Shown here: positions 27,229 to 32,000 of the stretch, piece by piece
How the letters are laid out: every line of letters begins with the position of its first letter
Position numbering within the stretch: the stretch's first letter is position 1
NCBI RefSeq assembly: GCF_000284115.1
Contig: NC_017080.1
Location: forward strand, 390,001-422,000
Origin: Phycisphaera mikurensis NBRC 102666
GTDB lineage: Bacteria; Planctomycetota; Phycisphaerae; Phycisphaerales; Phycisphaeraceae
Reading direction: 5' to 3'
Length of the DNA: 32,000 nucleotides
Position numbers and translations under genes: made by a program
Notes under the pieces: model-generated
Seen by the model: the letters and a program-made list of their open reading frames with translations, nothing else
What the model was told of the DNA's origin: nothing
Databases searched by the model: none

Positions 27229-27921
27229 TCACCCCTTCAAGACGCCCTTCTCCCGGGCCTTCGTCTTCACCTTCCGGTCCCAGTACTTGCTCTTGGGCGT
27301 CACGTGGAAGGTGGCGATCGAGGTCCCCACCTTCTTGTCTTTCTCGTCCTTCTTCACCACCGCCTGCAGGATCGTCATGTCCACGGTGATGTTGAACTCG
27401 TCGCCGGTGGCCACCAGCGACGCGACGTCCTCGCGCGGCACGACCCGGTAGATCGCCGGCCCCAGGCAAGGCCGGCGGAAGGTGTACTCCAGGTGCTTGC
27501 ACACGACCGTGTAGTCGCCGCCGGCCTCCTTGAAGATGAACATGCCGCCGGCCACCTCGCTGTTGGCGAGCAGCGCCGCCCCGGCCATCGCGTTGTACCA
27601 GTTCTTGTTGAAGCGGCTGAAGGGCACCACGCACTCGAAGGGGGCCTCCTCCGAGCCCCGCATCTCCGCCGCCTTGCCGCGGAACTTGATGCCGGTGCGG
27701 TAGGCGACGGGCAGGAAGAACAGCCCCATCATCCGGTGCCAGAAGTTGTTCTTCGTCGACAGGGTCGCGAACTTCTTCTCGGCGGCCTCGACGAACCGCT
27801 GCCGGAACTTCTTGCGGCCCTTGGTGACGTAATCGGCCTCGATGGCGGCCTTCTGCTTCGCGGAAAGCGGTGCCGGTGCGGCCGCGTCTCCGGCGGCGGG
27901 CTCGGCGAGGGCGGTGGTCAC
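27229..27921 (-). CDS. Conserved hypothetical, possible DUF4442/hotdog-fold protein
   Basis: FNKNWYNAMAGAALLANSEVAGGMFIFKEAGGDYTVVCKHLEYTFRRP...FNITVDMTILQ resembles hotdog thioesterase-like proteins. Likely GTG start at 27921. Confidence 0.6.
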   Translation of the reverse strand: MTTALAEPAAGDAAAPAPLSAKQKAAIEADYVTKGRKKFRQRFVEAAEKKFATLSTKNNFWHRMMGLFFLPVAYRTGIKFRGKAAEMRGSEEAPFECVVPFSRFNKNWYNAMAGAALLANSEVAGGMFIFKEAGGDYTVVCKHLEYTFRRPCLGPAIYRVVPREDVASLVATGDEFNITVDMTILQAVVKKDEKDKKVGTSIATFHVTPKSKYWDRKVKTKAREKGVLKG

Positions 27922-28099
27922 GGGCGGTCGCTCGGCAGGGTCGTCGGGTGCGCTGTCCACGGAGCGGGAGCCTAGAGCACCGCGCACCCTTGTCCCGACC
28001 GCCCCTCGCGCGGAGCGCCGCCCCGGCTCCGCGCGGGGTGCCGCCTCCGTTTTGGCCTCGCCGGGCGGGTCCGGGCCTACGCCGGCAGCGTCGGGGGCT

Positions 28100-29227
28100 T
28101 CACGACAGGTTGACGGGCATCACCACGTACAGGAAGTCCGGTCCGGTCCGCAGCACGCCGGGCTTGTTGGGCGCCTTGAACTCGAACTGCAGCTTCTCGT
28201 CGTCGACGACCTTGAGGGCGTCGAGCAGGTACGCGGGGTTGAAGCCGATCTCCAGCGCGTCGCCGGTGTAGTCGGCCAGCGGCAGGCTGACCTCGGCCTC
28301 GCCCATCTCCGGGGCCCGGCTGGTCAGCGTCAACCCGCCCTCGGCGAAGGCCATCCGCACGCCCTTGCTCTCCTCGTTGGTGAGCAGGGCGGCGCGGCGG
28401 ACGGCGCTGATGAAGCCGTCGGTGGGGAGGGTCGCCTTCTTGTCGCCGTCCTTGGGGATGACGTCGCTGTAGGGCGGGAAGTTGCCCTCGACGAGGCTGC
28501 TCGCCAGCACGGCCTGGTCGGTGCGGAAGTGGATCCGGTTGTCCGCCAGCTTCACCTCGACCTCTTGCTCGGCGTCGTCGAAGAGACGCAGCAGGAGGTT
28601 CAGCGTCTTCGCCGGGACGATGCTGCTCTTCACCGCCTCGTCGCTGCCGCCGTCGGCGGCGACGCAGCGGCCCTTGGCCAGCGCGAGGCGGTGGCCATCG
28701 GTGGCCACCACCGTCACCTGCTGGCCGGCCCGCTCGAAGAGAACGCCGTTGATGGCGTAGCGGCTGTTCTCGCGGGCGGTGGCGAAGATGGTCTGCGCGA
28801 TCAGGCGGTGCAGCTCCCCGGCTTTGATGCGGAAGTCCGCCTCGCCGGGAAAGGCGGCGACGGCGGGGAAGTCGCCGACGGGCTGGCCGAAGATCTTGAA
28901 CTTCGAGTCGCTCCCGGTGACCAGCGTCACGTCGCCGTCGGTGGCGAGCGTGATCGTCGAGTCGATGGACTCCCGCACGATCGACGACAGCTTGTCCGCC
29001 GGCAGCAGGCTCTCCCCGGCCTCCGCGACCTCGACGCGCTCGCTGCGCAAGCGGACGCTGATCTCCGCGTCGGTGGCCTCCAGCGTGAGGCCCGGCTCGT
29101 CGGCATCCGGCGACGCGGCGGAGAGCTTCACGCAGGAGAGGACCGGCTTGGGCGTGCGGGTCAGCACGACGCCGCCCATGAGGGCGAGGGCATCGATGAG
29201 CACGCGGCGGTCGCAGATGACCTTCAT
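28100..29227 (-). CDS. dnaN: DNA polymerase III subunit beta (sliding clamp)
   Basis: MKVICDRRVLIDALALMGGVVLTRTPKPVLSCVKLSA...; REIVRESIDSTITL-like central region; GADFLYVVMPVNLS-like C-terminus (FLYVVMPVNLS). Confidence 0.92.
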   Translation of the reverse strand: MKVICDRRVLIDALALMGGVVLTRTPKPVLSCVKLSAASPDADEPGLTLEATDAEISVRLRSERVEVAEAGESLLPADKLSSIVRESIDSTITLATDGDVTLVTGSDSKFKIFGQPVGDFPAVAAFPGEADFRIKAGELHRLIAQTIFATARENSRYAINGVLFERAGQQVTVVATDGHRLALAKGRCVAADGGSDEAVKSSIVPAKTLNLLLRLFDDAEQEVEVKLADNRIHFRTDQAVLASSLVEGNFPPYSDVIPKDGDKKATLPTDGFISAVRRAALLTNEESKGVRMAFAEGGLTLTSRAPEMGEAEVSLPLADYTGDALEIGFNPAYLLDALKVVDDEKLQFEFKAPNKPGVLRTGPDFLYVVMPVNLS

Positions 29228-29393
29228 AAAGGATTCCTTCCTGGTTTGGGCACGCTCGATCAGGAGCCAGCCGGGCGTGGAAACTAGCAGGCGGGAGCCC
29301 CCCGCGGGCCCGATCGCCGTTCAACCCCGCTTTCGGGGAAGCCCGTGGACGCGGCGCGTGGCCGCCGGGGGACCCGCGGGGCATGATGCGGGG

Positions 29394-30254
29394 ATGACGC
29401 CGAAGCCCCGACCCGAGGCCGCGTTCCCCCCGGCGATCCTCGCCGAGGGCGTCTGCGTCGATCGCGGCGGGGTCGAGGTGCTCCGCGGGCTCTCGGTGAG
29501 GCTCGAACGGGGGGAGACGGCCGCGCTCGTCGGGGCCAACGGCAGCGGGAAGACGACCTTCGGGCGGGTGCTCACCGGGCACGCGTTCGTGCGCTCGGGC
29601 CGGCTGGCGGTGCTCGGCGAGACGCTCGGCCGCACCGACGTGCGGGCGCTGCGACGCCGGGTGGGCGTGATCCACCCCGACCTCTCCAGCGGCGACGCCC
29701 ACACGCCCGGCGCCGTCGTCGACCGCGACCTCCCCGCGATCGACGCCGTCTGCACGGGCTTCTTCGGCACCGTCGGCCGCTACGACGTCCCCACCCCGGC
29801 GCAGCGCGGAGCGGCCGAGGAGCGCCTGGTCGCGGTCGGCCTGGCCGGCCGGCTCGGCCACCGCGTCGGCACGCTCTCCACCGGCGAGCTCCGCCGGCTG
29901 CTGCTCGCTCGGCTGCTGGTGATGGAGCCGGGCCTGCTCGTGCTCGACGAGCCCACCGCGGGCCTGGATCCCGGGGGCCGGGCCGCCTTCCTCGCCACGC
30001 TCACGCGGCTGCACGAGGGCCCCGAGCCGCCCGCCGTCGTGCTCATCACCCACCACGTCGAGGAGCTGCCGCCGCACACGCACGCGGCGTGGCTGCTGGA
30101 GAGCGGCCGGCTCAGCGGGGCCGGGCCGCCGGCGGCGGTCCTCACGGGCGAGAACCTCACGCGGGCGTTCGGGCTCCGCGTCCGCGTGAGGCACGCGGGC
30201 GGCGGGTTCTCGCTCCAAGCCGGGGCGGCGGACACCGGGCCGGGCTCGCGTTGA
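29394..30254 (+). CDS. ABC transporter ATP-binding protein (stand-alone, YlmA/ModF-like)
   Basis: Walker A GANGSGKTT, LSTGELRRLLLARLL signature, Walker B LLVLDEPTAGLD, H-loop VVLITHHVEELP. Confidence 0.9.
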   Translation: MTPKPRPEAAFPPAILAEGVCVDRGGVEVLRGLSVRLERGETAALVGANGSGKTTFGRVLTGHAFVRSGRLAVLGETLGRTDVRALRRRVGVIHPDLSSGDAHTPGAVVDRDLPAIDAVCTGFFGTVGRYDVPTPAQRGAAEERLVAVGLAGRLGHRVGTLSTGELRRLLLARLLVMEPGLLVLDEPTAGLDPGGRAAFLATLTRLHEGPEPPAVVLITHHVEELPPHTHAAWLLESGRLSGAGPPAAVLTGENLTRAFGLRVRVRHAGGGFSLQAGAADTGPGSR

Positions 30255-30391
30255 CGCCGCTTGCAGGCGCCCCGGAGCTCCCTACACTGCCCGCCGCGCC
30301 GGACGCCGGCGGGTGACGCTGTCGCGCCGCCCGAACCATCACGCCGGCATCGCTCCCGTTCCTCCGCGTCCGAAGCGGACGCCCCCCCGCC

Positions 30392-30670
30392 ATGGCACGA
30401 CTCCGCACCAAGAGCAAGAACACCTCCAAGCCCAAGCCCACCAAGGGCGTGTTGAAGCGGGGGCGGATCACCGCGAGCGGGAAGCTGCGTTTCTCGCGCC
30501 AGGGCAAGCAGAAGCTCAACGGCCACGAGCGGGGCGAGACGCTGCAAGACCGGCGGGGCTACGTCCTGGTGGGCTCGCACTCCGCGAAGATGGTCAGCCG
30601 GCAGCTGAAGCGCAAGATCGTGCCCGCCAACACGGGCCAGCCCGGCGGCGACGGCAAGACGACCCGCTGA
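30392..30670 (+). CDS. rpmI: Ribosomal protein bL35, divergent/extended
   Basis: KSKNTSKPKPTKGVLKRGRITASGKLRFSRQGKQKLNGHERGETLQDRRGYVLVGSHSAKMVSRQL aligns with the L35 pattern (KTHKGAAKRFKVTGSGKIKR...); located directly upstream of rplT. Confidence 0.8.
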   Translation: MARLRTKSKNTSKPKPTKGVLKRGRITASGKLRFSRQGKQKLNGHERGETLQDRRGYVLVGSHSAKMVSRQLKRKIVPANTGQPGGDGKTTR

Positions 30671-30719
30671 AGCGGCGGCGACGCCGCCCATCCGACTTTT
30701 CACCGACCGCGTTGCGGGT

Positions 30720-30737
30720 GAGCCTCGCCGGAGGCTC
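30720..30737 (+). promoter_or_regulatory. Small hairpin in the rpmI-rplT intergenic region
   Basis: GAGCCTC-GCCG-GAGGCTC perfect 7-bp stem; followed nearby by GGGGC-TCGT-GGCCCC-type complementarity. Confidence 0.4.
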
Positions 30738-30793
30738 GCAAGCGGGGCTCGTGGCCCCCTCCGACTCCGCGTCCAACCCCCAAGGAGCACGGC

Positions 30794-31165
30794 ATGCCTC
30801 GTGCAAGCAAGGGCGCCGCACGGCGTCAGTCCAAGAACCGCTGGTTCGCCAAGGCCAAGGGCAACCGCGGCTTCCGCCGCAAGAACTGGCGGACGGTCAA
30901 GCAGACCGTCATCCGGTCCGGCGTCTACGCCTACCGCGACCGCCGGCTGGTCAAACGAGACTACCGCCGCCTCTGGATCGTCCGCGTCAACGCGGCGGCC
31001 CGCGCCCACGGCGTGAGCTACTCGCGGTTCATGCACGGCCTCAAGCTCGCCGGCGTCACGCTCAACCGCAAGATGCTCTCCGAGCTGGCCATCCATGACG
31101 AGGCCGCTTTCGAGGCGATCCTCAAGAAGGCCACCGACGCCCTGGACACCGCCAAAGCCGCCTGA
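30794..31165 (+). CDS. rplT: Ribosomal protein bL20
   Basis: MPRASKGAARRQSKNRWFAKAKGNRGFRRKNWRTVKQTVIRSGVYAYRDRRLVKRDYRRLWIVRVNAAARAHGVSYSRFMHGLKLAGVTLNRKMLSELAI. Confidence 0.97.
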   Translation: MPRASKGAARRQSKNRWFAKAKGNRGFRRKNWRTVKQTVIRSGVYAYRDRRLVKRDYRRLWIVRVNAAARAHGVSYSRFMHGLKLAGVTLNRKMLSELAIHDEAAFEAILKKATDALDTAKAA

Positions 31166-31215
31166 ATCCGCGGACCGCGGCCTCCGGAGCCGGCAAACGA
31201 CGACGGTCCGCGGAT
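31166..31215. repeat. Palindromic element, locus 6, immediately after the rplT stop (12-bp perfect arms)
   Basis: ATCCGCGGACCG at 31166-31177 and CGGTCCGCGGAT at 31204-31215. Confidence 0.92.
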
Positions 31216-31634
31216 CCCGCGGCCGCGTTCTGCTGCGCCCCGGGACTGCCGGATGGGCAGCGCGGCAGGGGGTTCGTGTGCTCGACGGCAACCGGGTGCG
31301 AGCGGTCGCTGCGTTCTGCCGCGAAGGGGGAAGGCGCGGAGGCCGCGAAGGAGCAGAAGGCAGAAGCGCTCCTGAAGGCACGCGACACCGGGTTCGATCC
31401 GCTTTGCGCTCGGGCACGGCGTCGGCTCGATCTCGCCTTCGCGACCTTCGCGCCTGCTCCTCGTCCGCGGTCGGCGGAGCGCTGCTCGTGGATGCCCGGC
31501 CCTCTGGCACCCCTGTTGCAGTGCTTGAAGCCACGCCCAGAGTCCGGAAGACCCGACGCGTAGCCTCTCTACGGCCCCGGTCCCCCGGCGGTCGATCCAA
31601 TACGACGAGCCCCCCTCCCGAAGAGGAACCCACC

Positions 31635-32000
31635 ATGTTCGAACGATTCACCGACCGCGCCCGAAAGGTCATGGCCCTGGCCAACCAGGAGGCGCAACGC
31701 TTCAATCACGAGTACATCGGCACCGAGCACGTCCTGCTCGGGCTGGTCAAAGAGGGCTCCGGCGTCGGGGCCAACGTGCTCAAGAACCTCGACGTCGACC
31801 TCCGCCGCGTGCGGCTCGAGGTCGAGAAGCTCGTCAAGAGCGGCCCGGACATGGTCACCATGGGCAAGCTGCCCCAGACCCCGCGCGCCAAGAAGGTGAT
31901 CGAGTACTCGATCGAGGAGGCCCGGAACCTCAACCACAACTACGTCGGCACCGAGCACCTGCTGCTGGGCCTGCTGCGCGAGCACGAGGGCGTCGCCGCC
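31635..32000 (+). CDS. clpC: ATP-dependent Clp protease ATP-binding subunit ClpC, N-terminal part (truncated)
   Basis: MFERFTDRARKVMALANQEAQRFNHEYIGTEHVLLGLVKEGSGVGANVLKNL...IEEARNLNHNYVGTEHLLLGLLREHEGVAA. Confidence 0.93.
   Translation, partial: MFERFTDRARKVMALANQEAQRFNHEYIGTEHVLLGLVKEGSGVGANVLKNLDVDLRRVRLEVEKLVKSGPDMVTMGKLPQTPRAKKVIEYSIEEARNLNHNYVGTEHLLLGLLREHEGVAA

Noticed and set aside
31403-31420. GGGTTCGATCCG resembling a tRNA T-arm
   Set aside because: The sequence flanking the loop does not form the 5-bp T stem, and no matching acceptor or anticodon stem was found.

Overview
High-GC window, most likely a Planctomycetes/Phycisphaerae-type chromosome (inference from gene content and codon style). 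It is gene-dense. Supported genes: SDR/DUF2867 oxidoreductase, DUF2256, two coupled membrane coiled-coil proteins, CrtI-family desaturase 1, a four-gene surface/flagellin-glycosylation-like operon on the minus strand (DUF115/Maf-like, a SPASM-tailed radical-SAM-like protein without the CxxxCxxC motif, NeuA-like, NeuC-like), lgt, a degenerate PHP-domain protein overlapping hemC, a DAACS symporter, CrtI-family desaturase 2, a Uma2-like ORF, glnS, topoisomerase IB, glsA, a dienelactone hydrolase-like gene, dnaN, a lone ABC ATPase, rpmI-rplT and the start of clpC. The strongest unexplained signals are: (1) a dispersed palindromic element, CCGCGGACCG-N26-CGGTCCGCGG, present six times with perfect 10-mers and exactly 26 nt between arms at every locus. 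Four copies are intergenic, mostly just after stop codons. Two are inside minus-strand genes and are read in the same frame, giving near-identical peptides (AADRxxAA..VRG). (2) A 588-bp unit repeated three times in tandem (17277-19040), carrying the last ~89 codons of a carotenoid desaturase gene plus part of a long inverted-repeat element. Most of the long overlapping ORFs in the supplied track are antisense or shadow ORFs caused by high GC. No tRNA, rRNA or CRISPR array was identified.
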